Of a stretch of 64,000 bases of DNA, positions 36,610 through 48,184 are shown piece after piece. The notes beneath the pieces were generated by a model. That model was not told the origin of the DNA. It made no database searches and saw only the letters and a list, made by a program, of their open reading frames with translations. Position 1 is the stretch's first letter. Every line of letters begins with the position of its first letter. Source of the DNA: Mobula hypostoma (taxonomy: Eukaryota); assembly GCF_963921235.1 (NCBI RefSeq), contig NC_086097.1:202122001-202186000 (forward strand). Reading direction: 5' to 3'. Position numbers and translations under genes: made by a program.

Positions 36610-37490
36610 AAGGTATAGGAGCAGAATTAGGACATTTGGACCATCAAGTCTGCTCTATCATTTCATCATGGCTGATCCATTTTCCGTATGAGTCTCAATC
36701 TTCTGCCTTCTCCCTGTATCCCTTAATGCCTTGACTAATAAAGAATTTATCTGCCTTTTATACACCCAATGACTTGTGGCATTGAATTCCACAGATTTAC
36801 CACTCTCTGGCTAAAAAAATTCCACCTCATCTCTGTTTTAAAAGGATGCCTCTCTATTCTGAGGCTACGTCCACTTGTCTTAGACTCCCCTACCACAGAA
36901 AACATCCTCTCCACATCCACTCTTATCAGGCATTTCAATATTCGATAGGCTTCAATGAGGTCACACTTCATTCTTCTAAATTCCAGTGAGTACAAGCCCA
37001 GAGCCATCAAACACTCTTCATATGACAAGGCTTTCAATCCCAGAATATTTCTGTGAACCTCTTTTGAACCCTCTCCAATGTCAGCACATTCTTTCTTTGA
37101 TAAGGGGCCCAAAACTGCTCACAATTCTCTGAGGCCCCACCAGTGCTTTATAAAGCCTCAACATTACATCCTTGCTTTCATAGTCTGGTCCTCTTGTAAT
37201 TAATACTAACATCACATTTGCCTTCCTCAGCACTGACTCAACCTGCAAAGTAACCTTTGGGGAATCCTGCACAAGAACTCTCAAGTTCTCTTGCACGTTA
37301 GATTTTGAATTTTCTCTCCATTAAGTAAATAGTCTATCTTTTTATTTCTTCTACCAAAGTGCATGGCCATACACTTCTTGACACTGTATTCTATTTGCTA
37401 CTTCTTTGTCCATTCTCCTAATCTAAGTCCTACTGTAGCCTCTCTACGTCCTCAGAACTACCTGCCCCTCCAGGTATATTCATATCATGG
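36610..37490 (-). mobile_element. CR1 3' fragment, antisense inside the plus-strand CR1
   Basis: DVMLRLYKALV, LGLYSLEFRRM and FFSQRVVNLWNS motifs. Confidence 0.88.
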
Positions 37491-38844
37491 ATGAAAGAAT
37501 TAATGTAGAGGAATATTTGATGGATCTGGAGCTGTATCTTACTGGAAGAAAGAAGGGAGGTTCTCCTTAAAACCTACCAAATATTGAAAGACCTAGACCG
37601 AGTGGACATGGAGAGGATGTTTCCTATAGTAAGAGAGTCTAGGACCAAAGGGCATATCTCCAGAACAGAAGGATATCCCTTTAGAACAGAGATGAGGATG
37701 AATTTCTTTAGCCAGAGGTGGTGAATCTGTGGAATTCATTGCCACAGGTGCCTGTGGAGGCCAAGTCATTGGATATTTTTAAAGTTGAAGCTGATAGGTT
37801 CTTGATTACTGAGGGTGTCAAAGAGAAGGGGTAAGGCAGGAGAATGAGGTTGAGAGAGAAAATAAATCAGCCATGATCCAATGACAGACTCAATTGGTCA
37901 AATGGCCAAATACTGCTCCTATGTCTTGTGGTCTTATAACTCTAATATTTGTTTTATACTGCAGATTCTACCACAAATAAATTCTTTTCTTTATGCTATT
38001 ACCCATGCAAATTTCTTATTTAACTGCACCATTAGGTTGTACAACTAAATTAAGGTCCCTGACCATATAGTAATAGATGCTAGTTTAAGCTTCAGTAAGA
38101 TGGATATAATTTCCATGTCTGAATTTCCCAATGTTCCACACTATAACTTAGTATTTCATGCCATCTTTTTAGCTAAGGACATCATGTAACAAAGAATCTT
38201 TTATTAAGGGTAGAAGTCAGTGATTGCTCACTGAGGCAAGGGCAGAGTTTAAATGGGGCAGCCAATTCATTAATGGCTAATCTGAATTGCCTCCAGGATG
38301 AAACTTCCACTGTCCCCTCTTCCATTTTTTTAATTAAATCCACAGCGTAACTAAGTATAGAACAGATTAACAGAAAGCTAGCCAATTTAAAGTGACAGAA
38401 AAAGTCCAATTCTGTTTTCAAAAAACACTTTTTTGACCAATAAATGTGATAAGAGCATGTTGGCACTTAAAATTTTTTCATTGTTAGTTTTGTCAGGCAG
38501 ATGGTGCAAAAAAAATGTTTTATTTTCATACCTCAATTTCATTTATATACCTCTGGTAAAGAACACTAAAGTATTTGAACAGAAGTTGGTAATCCCTTTA
38601 TTGGGATACTAACTTCCCATTTATACTGGAGTTCACTTGGAGTAGAACTGTAAACGCTGTTCAACCAACCCTCAATATCTTTCAGTAACATAATTATGGG
38701 TGGCACAGTGACAACTAGTAGTTCTGTCCTCTTGCAATGCCAGGGACTCAGGTGATGTCAATAAGAGGTTTAAATGTTCTCCCTGTGACTGCATGGACTC
38801 TACTTGGTTATCTGGTTTCTTTTCACACCTTAGACTGGATATCC

Positions 38845-39922
38845 TCTGTTAGACCCCAGTCAGTTCAGATCTCCTCCACAATCTTTATCAGCACAGGTGC
38901 GTCACAAGGCTGTGTGCTTAGACCCCTGCTCTACTCGCTTTATACTTATGACAGTGTGGCTAAGCACAGTTCCAATGCCAAAATTCAAGTTTGCTGATGG
39001 CACCACTGTTGTAGGCCGAATCAAGGCACTGATACCTCAGCACGTAGGAGGGAGATTAAAAATATGCCTGAGTGGTGTCATACCAACCAGTTACTCAATG
39101 TCAGCAAGACTAAGGAGCTGATTATAGACTTAAGGAGAAGGAAACCAGAGGTCCATGAGTCAGTCCTCATCAGAGGTGGAGAGGGTTAGCAACTTCAAAT
39201 TCCTAGGTGATATTATTTCGGAAGACCTGTCCTAGACCCAACAATTAAGTGGAATTACTAAGAAAGCATGGCAGTGCCTCTACTTCCTTAGGAGTTTGTG
39301 GAGATTCAGCATGACTTCTAAAACTCTGACAAATTTCTATAGATGTGTAGTGGAGAGTATATTGATTGGCTGTATTACACCCAGGTACGGAAACACCAAT
39401 GTCCTTGAACGGAAAATCGTACAAAAAACAGCAGATACCGCTCAATCCATCATGAGTAAAGCCCTCCCAACCATTGAACAGATCTACATGAAACATTGTT
39501 GCAGGAAAGCAGCATCCATCATCATGGCCCCCACCACCCAGGACATGCTTTCTCCTCGGAGCTACCATCAGGATGACGGTACAAGAGCCCCAAGACTCAC
39601 ACCACCAAGTTCAGGAACAGTTACTACCCCTCAACCAATAGGTTCTTCAACCAAAGGGGATGTTCCCACAACCTGTCAACTCACTTTCAAGTACTCGTCA
39701 TCTCATGTTCTCTATACTTATTGCTTGTTTACTATTGTTGTTTCTTCTTTTTGTACTTGCACAGTTTGCTGTCTTCTGCACTCTGGCTGACTTGTGCAGG
39801 CTTTCATTGTTTTTGTTATGGTTATTATTCTATAGATTGAGTATGCCCATAAGAAGATGAATCTCAGGGTTGTATATGGTGACATATATGTAGTTTGACA
39901 ATAAAACTTACTTTGAACTTTG
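38845..39922 (+). mobile_element. Rex1/Babar LINE 3' portion
   Basis: STGASQGCVL.PLLYSLYTYD, KFADGTTVVG and LTNFYRCVVESIL motifs; (TTTGAAC)n tail. Confidence 0.88.
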
Positions 39923-41068
39923 TTATAAATTGTTCCTACTGTGTAGCTAAATGAAGAGAGTTTATGGGAATGTGGAAAGACCAGTGAAAATTAGGGCGTG
40001 ATGGAATGCAGACTCAATAGGATGTAGAGCCTGATTCTGTGCTGTATGACAATGAAACTTCCAAATTAGTCTTTGTAAATATGAAAGAGGGAAACCCTCA
40101 TCCAATCTTTTTTGCCTTATACTCTTCCAGCTCTTGTGGTCAAGGATGTGACATACTTCCAGTTCTGAGGTGGCTGTTGAGGTCAATGTGGGACCCAAAC
40201 CATTTGCCACAGTTGGTTCATTTTCAGAGTCAGAATCAGGTTTATTATCACCGGCAAGTGACGTGAAATTTGTTAAATTTGTTCCCCATCTATGGCTGTT
40301 GTACATAAATCTCTGATGTTACTCAACCCAAGCTAGACTCAGCGAAATGATCAGGGTCATTCGATATCAATACTCTACATGTACCCTCAAAACAATGGTT
40401 TTTAAAAAAGCATACATGGTGAAAATAATGCTCTTACTGTCAGAGTATTTAGAAATTAATGAATACTATTGAAGCTTGAGTAGGCAAATACAACAACTAA
40501 TTTTCAAATAGTAAAGTCCCACACATGATATTTATTCTCATTGCTATTGTTTAAATAGCAAGAAGACTTCTCCGATCTTTTGTGATCTGAGAGCTGGATA
40601 AAAATTAATGCTTGAGCATTAACATCTCTCTGGAGGTAGAAAGTTCCAAAGATTCACAACTCCTTCAATGAAGTTGTTTATTATTTCAATTCACATTGAG
40701 GCTATGGTCCCCATTTCCTGGTCATCCAGCTACAGAAAATATCCTTTTAGGAAAGGCCCTGTAAGTTTTTCCACAGAATCTTAATCACTTCAACAAGGCC
40801 ACTTTTCATCACTAGTACTTTCATTTCACTCTGCATCCGTGAGTATACAGCACCATCTCATTCAACTATATTGTCGTTAATTCCTAGAAATGGTGGCTTG
40901 TTCATTTTAGCAAATCTGCATTAAATAAGATTTGCAAATTGTGAATCTTTCTTAAGTAAGACCAGAAGTCCATGCAAGACATGCAATCTCATCAAAATCC
41001 ACAACTGTGGCAAGACTTTCTTTCTCTTTTTTCCTTACAATAAAAGCAAACATACCAAACACCTTGCT

Positions 41069-41540
41069 AGCAACACACTTAAAAGTTGCTGGTGAACACA
41101 GCAGGCCAGGCAGCATCTCTAGAAAGAGGTACAGTCGACGTTTTGGGCCGAGACCCTTCCTCAGGACTAACTGAAGGAAGAGATAGTAAGAGATTTGAAA
41201 GTGGGAGGGGGAGGGGGAGGTCCCCCCTCCCCCTTTCTTTCTCCCTAGGCCTCCCGTCCCATGATCTTTTCATATCCCTTTTGCCAATCAACTTTCCAGC
41301 TCTTGGCTCCATCCCTCCCCCTCCTGTCTTCTCCTATCATTTTGGATCTCCCCCTCCCCCTCCCACTTTCAAATCTCTTACTAGCTCTTCTTTCAGTTAG
41401 TCCTGATGAAGGGTCTCGGCCCGAAACGTCGACTGCACCTCTTCCTAGAGATGCTGCCTGGCCTGCTGCATTCACCAGCAACTTTTAAGTGTGTTGCTTG
41501 AAATTCCAGCATCTGCAGATTTCCTCGTGTTTGCGTTTTT
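41069..41540 (+). mobile_element. Palindromic Penelope-derived insertion (family A)
   Basis: ~150-bp inverted arm, then a longer direct arm and a 42-nt tail. Degenerate TSD AAA(C/T)A(C/T)CTTGCT (41057-41068, 41541-41552). Confidence 0.87.
41399..41434 (+). ncRNA. Minimal type I hammerhead ribozyme motif (intact core)
   Basis: AGTC-CTGATGA-A-GGG-TCTCGG-CCC-GAAA-C-GTC^-GACT. Confidence 0.75.
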
Positions 41541-41869
41541 AAATATCTTGCTGATCACGTTTAATACCTGCACTTTAACTTGTGCATCCCAGATCCCCTA
41601 AACACTAAGATTTACGATTTTCTAATGAGAGGTCACTGAGTTGAAACATTAATTCCTGTTTCAGTCTCCAAGTATTCCGCCCAAGTTCTTGAATATTAAT
41701 GATCAAGCTTTACTTGTTTTAGTTCAAATTTGTGTCGCTGCAATATCTTCATTTACTGCCAACATACTCTGGTCATCCCAAAAAAAATTCTTTCTTTTCA
41801 CCTCAACAAATAACCTCAAATAATATTCTACCTGACATTTTAGCCATTCATTTACTCAGCCCATATCTT

Positions 41870-42850
41870 ATTCGGTCTTCAAAGAACTTAGTTTCCCGTC
41901 GATTTTACAGTATCAATAAAAGGGGAGATTCGGAGCGTAAGGTACAATGACCAAAAAGGCACTGACACTGCATTTCTACCACAAGCCGTCAGGTAGTCGA
42001 CGTTTCTCGAATACATGTAAAATAGTGTAACATCGTCAGCACGGAGGGCAGTCTTCCAATGCAGATTCATCATAGGTGGGCTCTCAATGTCTATGATACG
42101 ACCACAGTAATTACTTGGGCCGGGATAGTTGGGACAAGCTTTGGACGGTGACCATTTTACACGATTTAGATGCAGGTAAAACTAAATCCTTAAAATGGAT
42201 TCCGTAAACACCGGGAGCTAAAGTAGTTTTGTTTAATCAAGGCGGTTGCAGAATAGGAATGAAGGACGGTGAGATAAAATAATTATGGATTTAAAAGCGA
42301 AAATTTAATCAATGAAGAACGCTTAGTTAAGAAGTGCGAAAAGATGAGTAGCAGATGTAATACTGGAAGCGCAGAAGGAAGCGGGATGCTGTAGAGGAGG
42401 CGCCGGGGCTTCACAGAGATGCGCAAAGATTCAAAAATGCCAGTGAACATATCATTGCAGCAGAAGGCGACGCCTGTAAAACTATCGGCACTGCTCGCTC
42501 CAGCGGTCGCTAGGTTTCCACGAAGCCGTGCCGTTATGTCCAAGTAACATCAGCACACTGCATTCACCACTGAGGGGAGGTTTAACTGTCCTCGACTACA
42601 ACCCTCCCTAATCGCTTTAACTGCACGATTACCCCCACGGCCAGGTTTCAAACTGCAACGTGACCTGCTCACCCCGGGGTTCAGCCCACGCATGCGCGCT
42701 TCCCACTCAACGTTCCGCGAAACTTCACCAGGTGAGGCGACGGGATCAGGACGGTCGAAAGTGGCATAAACTTGACGCCCATTCATCCAAGTTGGGACGA
42801 AATGGTGCTTCTGCTGTTTGCTGTCCCCCTCTGTCCACTTGTAGATCGCC
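41870..42850. promoter_or_regulatory. CpG-rich, non-repeat-like segment (candidate promoter/first exon)
   Basis: Dense CpGs in an otherwise CpG-depleted window. NRF1-like CGCATGCGC at 42689-42697. Splice-donor-like sites on both strands (minus GG|GTGAGC near 42672; plus CAG|GTGAGG near 42731). Confidence 0.45.
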
Positions 42851-43156
42851 TCTACTCAAAAATACTGAGTCTGACTATATTTTACAAAGTTTGAAGGAGG
42901 GATATAATGAACTCTTCTTCCCCCTGCCATCGGAAAAATGAATGGATATTGAACGCATGAACACCACCTCATTACTTTTTTGCATTACTTATTTAACTTA
43001 ACTATTTATTACATATACATATATATAGTGAATTACAGTAAAATATATATTTACTGTAATTCACATTTTTAATATATATTGCATTCGGCGGTGCAGTGCT
43101 AATTTTTTAGGTGCCGGAGCTGACAATATGCTTGCCATTTCCTATATCCTCTCTCT

Positions 43157-43263
43157 TATATATGTCACACCCAATTTGTGTACCTGCTCATTTCGTGTAC
43201 TGGGCAACTTCCTTGCCCCATTCATGTAATGAGCAGGTACACAAATTGGGTGTGACATATATA
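43157..43263. repeat. 107-bp near-perfect hairpin, MITE-like
   Basis: Perfect 36-bp arms TATATATGTCACACCCAATTTGTGTACCTGCTCATT and inner pairing GGGCAA/TTGCCC. Confidence 0.85.
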
Positions 43264-43449
43264 CTGTATATGAATAGGGCTTCTTATAATGTCAAGCACT
43301 AAACCAAGATGAAAAAAACATATGAATTCCAGAGCTCCACAGAAATTCAGTTATAGTTAAGACATTAACAAGATTATAGCCTATCACTACATTTCAGTGT
43401 ATAACTGGTAGAATAAAACATATAGTAATACTTAATTTAATAATATGAA

Positions 43450-43842
43450 CGGAATAGAATAGTACAGCACAGTACAGGCCCTTCAGCCTACAATGTTGTG
43501 CTGACCCTCAAACCCTGCCTCCCATATAAGCCCCCACCTTAAATTCCTCCATATACCCGTCTAGTAGTCTCTTAAACTTCACTAGTGCATCTGCCTCCAC
43601 CATTGACTCAGGCAGTGCATTCCATGCACCAACCACTCTCTGAGTAAAAAACCTTCCTCTAATATCCGCCTTGAACTTCCCACCCTTACCTTAAAGCCAT
43701 GTCCTCTTGTATTGAGCAGTGGTGCCCTGGGGAAGAGGCGCTGGCTATCCACTCTATCAATTCCTCTTATTACCTTGTACACCTCTATCATGTCTCCTCT
43801 CATCCTCCTTCTCTCCAAAGAGTAAAGCCCTAGCTCCCTTGA
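43450..43842 (-). mobile_element. CR1 3' fragment inside the hAT element
   Basis: ELGLYSLERRRMRGDMIEVYK..RGHGFKV with a CR1 UTR. Confidence 0.88.
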
Positions 43843-45824
43843 CAAAGTATTGCACGGTCATAAAATATAATTATCAAGCAAGTAAAGAAAAAGATGGTAA
43901 TCATGTATTTTAGCAATTTAAAACTAATTACCTACTTACCAAATGCCACCAATGAGAAGTTTCACAATAATTTCCACAAAGGGTCAGGCATAATATGTGT
44001 TCGAGGGTCTGAAGCAACTCTTGTCCTGGTGTCATCTGCTGATCTGTGGCACCGCAGCCATGATGTGACCTACGGCTCAGGATTCCACTGAACTACAGGA
44101 GGTCCATGTAGTTTAACAAACATAAGTACTGATACATGATTTATGAGAATTCTTGAGCGTGTTGTTGTTATTATCAAGTTCGTGTCACTGAATCCTCTCC
44201 TACACTCAGCAGTACTAATAGGGATAACTTGTGCACAGCTCAGTAATGGGCATAAATCTTGGGGGATGCAGCGTCCATGGTCCTCCACATAATCTCTGAA
44301 GGCATTTATTACAGAGGAAGAAGAAAGCTTAAACCTCTTACAGAGAGATGATATTGCAGCTTCTCCATAATTAGGCAGTATTTCAGCAGGCCAGTTATCT
44401 TTATCAAGGACACACATTTTATTTCGCAGGGATTTATACATACTTTGAGGTTTAGAAATTTGAGAACCTTTCAAGGATGTTGCCATGAACGTACAGCGCT
44501 GCAAATTGTTTATGAGACTAGTAAGAAACTGTAGATGGAGACAATTTTGTTGTTACTTGTTAAGGTAATTTCTCCAAACTTTCCCTTTTCAACTACCTCT
44601 TGAGCTTCTAGAGTTTTTGTTCCAAGTTGCTCTTTCAGTCCATGCAGTGATCTTATGCTTCGTTGGATCAGTTTGTCTGCATAAACGATCGTAGTACTGC
44701 ATTTCTGTAAACACTGACAGTAAACCAAATTCATGCAACGTGTCATACATTAGAGCAAATTCCAACAGAAACTGTTCTGAAGAGAGTCTTTTCAACAGAC
44801 CTTCATAGGTTTTTCTGTCACTCCCAGATCTTGTTTCATCCTTCATTGCTTTTTTTTCAAAATGAAAACACAGTGCTTCATAATTTTGCCACACTGCTGA
44901 AACTGTTTGAAACAAGCTAGCTACCCATCTGGTGCCCAGAACACGGCCTATTTTGCAAATTTGTTGTTCTAGTTGAGAGGCACATTCAGACAGTTCCTTT
45001 TGATTTAGAGGTGATCTACTGTAAACAGAGTACAATTTGTCCATAAATGATTGAAAATGATTTATTCCATGAAATTCTCTCACCGAATCACCTACTGCAA
45101 GTTCTAATCTGTGATTAAGATAGTGCCAAATTATCACATCAGGGTAATGTTCCTTGAGAATTGTAGCAACACTAGATTTGACACCAAGCATTACGCTCGC
45201 CCCATCACTAGCAAATGCTTCAAGGTTCTATTTCAAGTAAGAGTCATCAAACCCATGGTTATTGAGACAGTTCAATAGATGCTTAGCAATAATTGCAGCT
45301 TTCCGATCAGGCAAGTTCAATAAAATCTGAAAACATAAAATGGGGATCACCTTCCTTATCACTATCACATTTCAAATAAACTATTAGGGCTGTCTTAATG
45401 TTCAGGCTTGTTGATTCATCAATGAGAACAGAAAATTTGCCATTTATCTGCTTGATATGCTGGCAAATTTTCTTTTTCATATAAATGGCTGTGTGATTAA
45501 TTATCTCTGTACTACTAGTGCGAGAATGCGGTCCAATTCCAATGTCAATAACATTTTTTTTTTGAAGTTCCAATAAGCCAAAGTGACCAGAGTATGGTCT
45601 GTCATTCTGAGCTAAATAATATGCAGAATGAAAAATTGAACAATTTGCCTTTAGATGCAAAGCATTCATGGTGTCACATAATTTTCCAAGAGCATCTTCA
45701 CTGGCTATACTTTCAACACTTACAGCAGCAGTGTAAGCTTTTGATAGATTGTGATCAACAATTTTTTTCCTGAGAGACTTCAAGCGTGTACTTCGATCGG
45801 CTCCATAACAGGATACTTGGTACA

Positions 45825-46247
45825 TCTGCCATGCCGATTCTCCGTGATCTTTAAGTTCTTGAGGCTGTAGCGCTCCACATAGCTGGCCAGCCATCCCTTA
45901 CTAGCCTTAAACTCCTTCCTCTCGCTCTCCTCAACCCCCTCACAGTAGTGGTCATAGAGTCTAAGTGCTTTATCACACATAATTTTGCCGTCAACAGGGA
46001 TATGCTTCAATGACATGTCCTCTAGCCACACACTTAATGCTGTCTCAGTCTTTGAAAGCACTTTATCATGAACCAGAGAGACTCTTTTTGCCATTGTAGG
46101 GGTAGCACTAACACTTCCATGAATTTCAGCTTCTTTCTGCTTTATTGTGCGAATGCTCGATTTGTTCTTACCGACCTTACGGCCCCCTTCGGCAAGCGAC
46201 ATGCCACTTGTCAAAAGATCTGAGATTTTAATTTTCTTGGCGAACAA
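45825..46247 (-). pseudogene. Tigger/pogo transposase N-terminal DNA-binding region (HTH-psq + CENP-B HTH)
   Basis: KKIKISDLL.SGMSLAE.GRK.GKN.SSIRTIK, E.ALSVWLED, FKASKGWL..Y..RYSLKN.KI and a frameshifted GESA(SAD). Confidence 0.85.
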
Positions 46248-46691
46248 CGCTCAAACAACGAGTGCTGGAGAGAGACTGAGGATCTGTGAAATGGTGAGAG
46301 GCTGCAGCAGGGTATGCTGGGACAACAGGTCGAGCGAGGAGGAATTTCACAAAGCAGTCACAGCTCCAGGATTTCACCAAAAATGATCAAATATCCCAAT
46401 GTTATTAGTGGTATTTTCCCCACCAGCCACCGCCCCTTCTCCCCAACCCCCGCTTCCATAAAATTCTCTCTATTTAATATGCGGCCGCTGTTAAATTCCC
46501 CGCTTGTTTATTTTGATTTTTTTTTTACAGAGATGCTGGAGCGGAGCTCCGGTGAGCTCCAGCAGCACTGCACCCCCCATTGCATTGTACTGCTGCTGCA
46601 AAAAGAAATTTCATGACATATGCCAGTGATATTAAATCAGAATCTGATTCTAATTCTATCATCTCTGTTATCTTTTTGAATGAAGTATAAG

Positions 46692-46979
46692 ACCGGCTGG
46701 TGGCTGGTGGTGCAGTGGCATCAGCGCTTGGACTGCGGGGCGGAGGTTCTGAGTTCGAACCTAGCCAGCTCCCCTTCATGCTTTCCATCCATGGAGGGTT
46801 AAGAGCTGGTGATTCTCTTTGAAAAAAAAAACTCACCCTGCAGAAGGCAATGGCAAACCACCGCTGTAACTTGCCTAGTATGCTATGTCAGGGCGGCGTG
46901 CGAGGAAGTCGTCTGCTACCCAGAAAAATTCTAAACGCGACCTTCATTATTATTATTATTATTGTTATTATTATTATTA
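46692..46979 (+). mobile_element. tRNA-derived SINE with RTE-type body and (TTA)n tail
   Basis: A box TGGTGCAGTGG, B box GAGTTCGAACC and GAAGGCAATGGCAAACCAC (RTE/Bov-A-like). The head is shared with the SINE at 30735. Confidence 0.8.
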
Positions 46980-46984
46980 GAAGA

Positions 46985-47725
46985 TCATAAGATGTAGGAG
47001 CTGAATTTGGCCATTTAGCCCATTGAGTCTGTTCTGCTACTTCATCATGGATGATCCAATTTTCCTCTCAACCCAAATCTTCTCCCTTCTCCCTATACCC
47101 CTTCATGCCCTGACCAATCAAGAATCTATCAACCTCTGCCATAAAGGCTACTCCACAGCTACCTGTTGCAAAGAATTCCACAGATTCACCACATCCTGGC
47201 TAAAGAAATTCCTCCTTATCGCTGTTCTAAAAGGATGCCCCTCTATTCTGAGGCTGTGTCCTCTGGTCTTAGATTCTCACACCATAGGAAACATCCTCTC
47301 CACATCCACTCTATCAAGGCCTTTCACTATTTGATAGGTTTCAATGAGGTCAACCCTCATTCTTCTGAATTCTATTGAATACAGGCCCAAAGTCATCAAA
47401 TGCTCTTCATATGACAAGCCATTCAAACCTGGAATCATTTTCAAGAACCTCCTTTGAACCCTTTCCAGTTTCAGCACATCCATTCTAAGATAAGGGGCCC
47501 AAACCTGTTCACAATGCTCCAAATGAGGCCTCACCAGAGCTTTATAAAGTTTCAACATTGCATCCTTGCTTTTATATTCTTGTCCTCTTGAAATGAATGC
47601 TAACATTGCATTTGCCTTCCTCGCCACAGACACAACTTGCAAATTAACCTTTAGGGAATCCTGCACAAGGACTCCTAAGTCCTTTTGCACCTCTGTTTTT
47701 TTGTATTTTCTCTCCACTTAGAAAA
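46985..47725 (-). mobile_element. CR1 3' fragment
   Basis: QKDLGVLVQDSLKV...RPHLEHCEQVWAPYL...LGLYSIEFRRMR. Confidence 0.9.
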
Positions 47726-48184
47726 TAATTGGCCACAGAAAAATTGCTTATAACATACAACATATTTGATATTTCATGATTCTAATTTAGTTTAAGCGTA
47801 AAAGATCAATCTTTAGCATTATACTTACACAAGATTTATGTTTTTTTTAAATTCCAGTCAGGCAACATTAAAGACCACATTATTAAATGTGATACAGTGC
47901 ATTATTAGAGTTAAAAGTCCATGATAATAATATTGTTAATTGAATACCAGATTACCACCTAATGGAAGTAACCACTTTACTATTACTTGCTTGATTTTTT
48001 TCAGGAAAAGTAAGTTGGTGGTTATTAGTGCAGGAATTCTAGTGTTTCTTGGAACATGACACACCATCAAATCATTATTTTTGTTTTAATAATATTATAA
48101 CATTAACACAGATGAGGAGAACTTTTCCTACATCATATTCCTAGTAAAGAACCTTTATCAGAGTTATAGAATATTTATCAGAAG

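Larger units (their letters stand above)
30948..37935 (+). mobile_element. Long CR1 LINE fragmented by many nested insertions
   Basis: Colinear CR1 pieces (APE at 30950-31600, then 33811-34135, 34474-34565, 35480-35880, 36185-36600, 37490-37935) resume after each insertion. Confidence 0.8.
43086..46578 (-). mobile_element. hAT DNA transposon (KIAA1586/ZNF862-like transposase), defective
   Basis: 8-bp TSD ATTGCATT (43078-43085, 46579-46586) and 15-bp TIRs sharing GGTGCAGTGCT. Transposase motifs FSVLIDEST, DGASVMLG, HYLNHRLELAV, GTRW and IPISTAECRRGFS. Splits a Rex1 3' tail (42915-43085 / 46587-46655). Confidence 0.9.
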
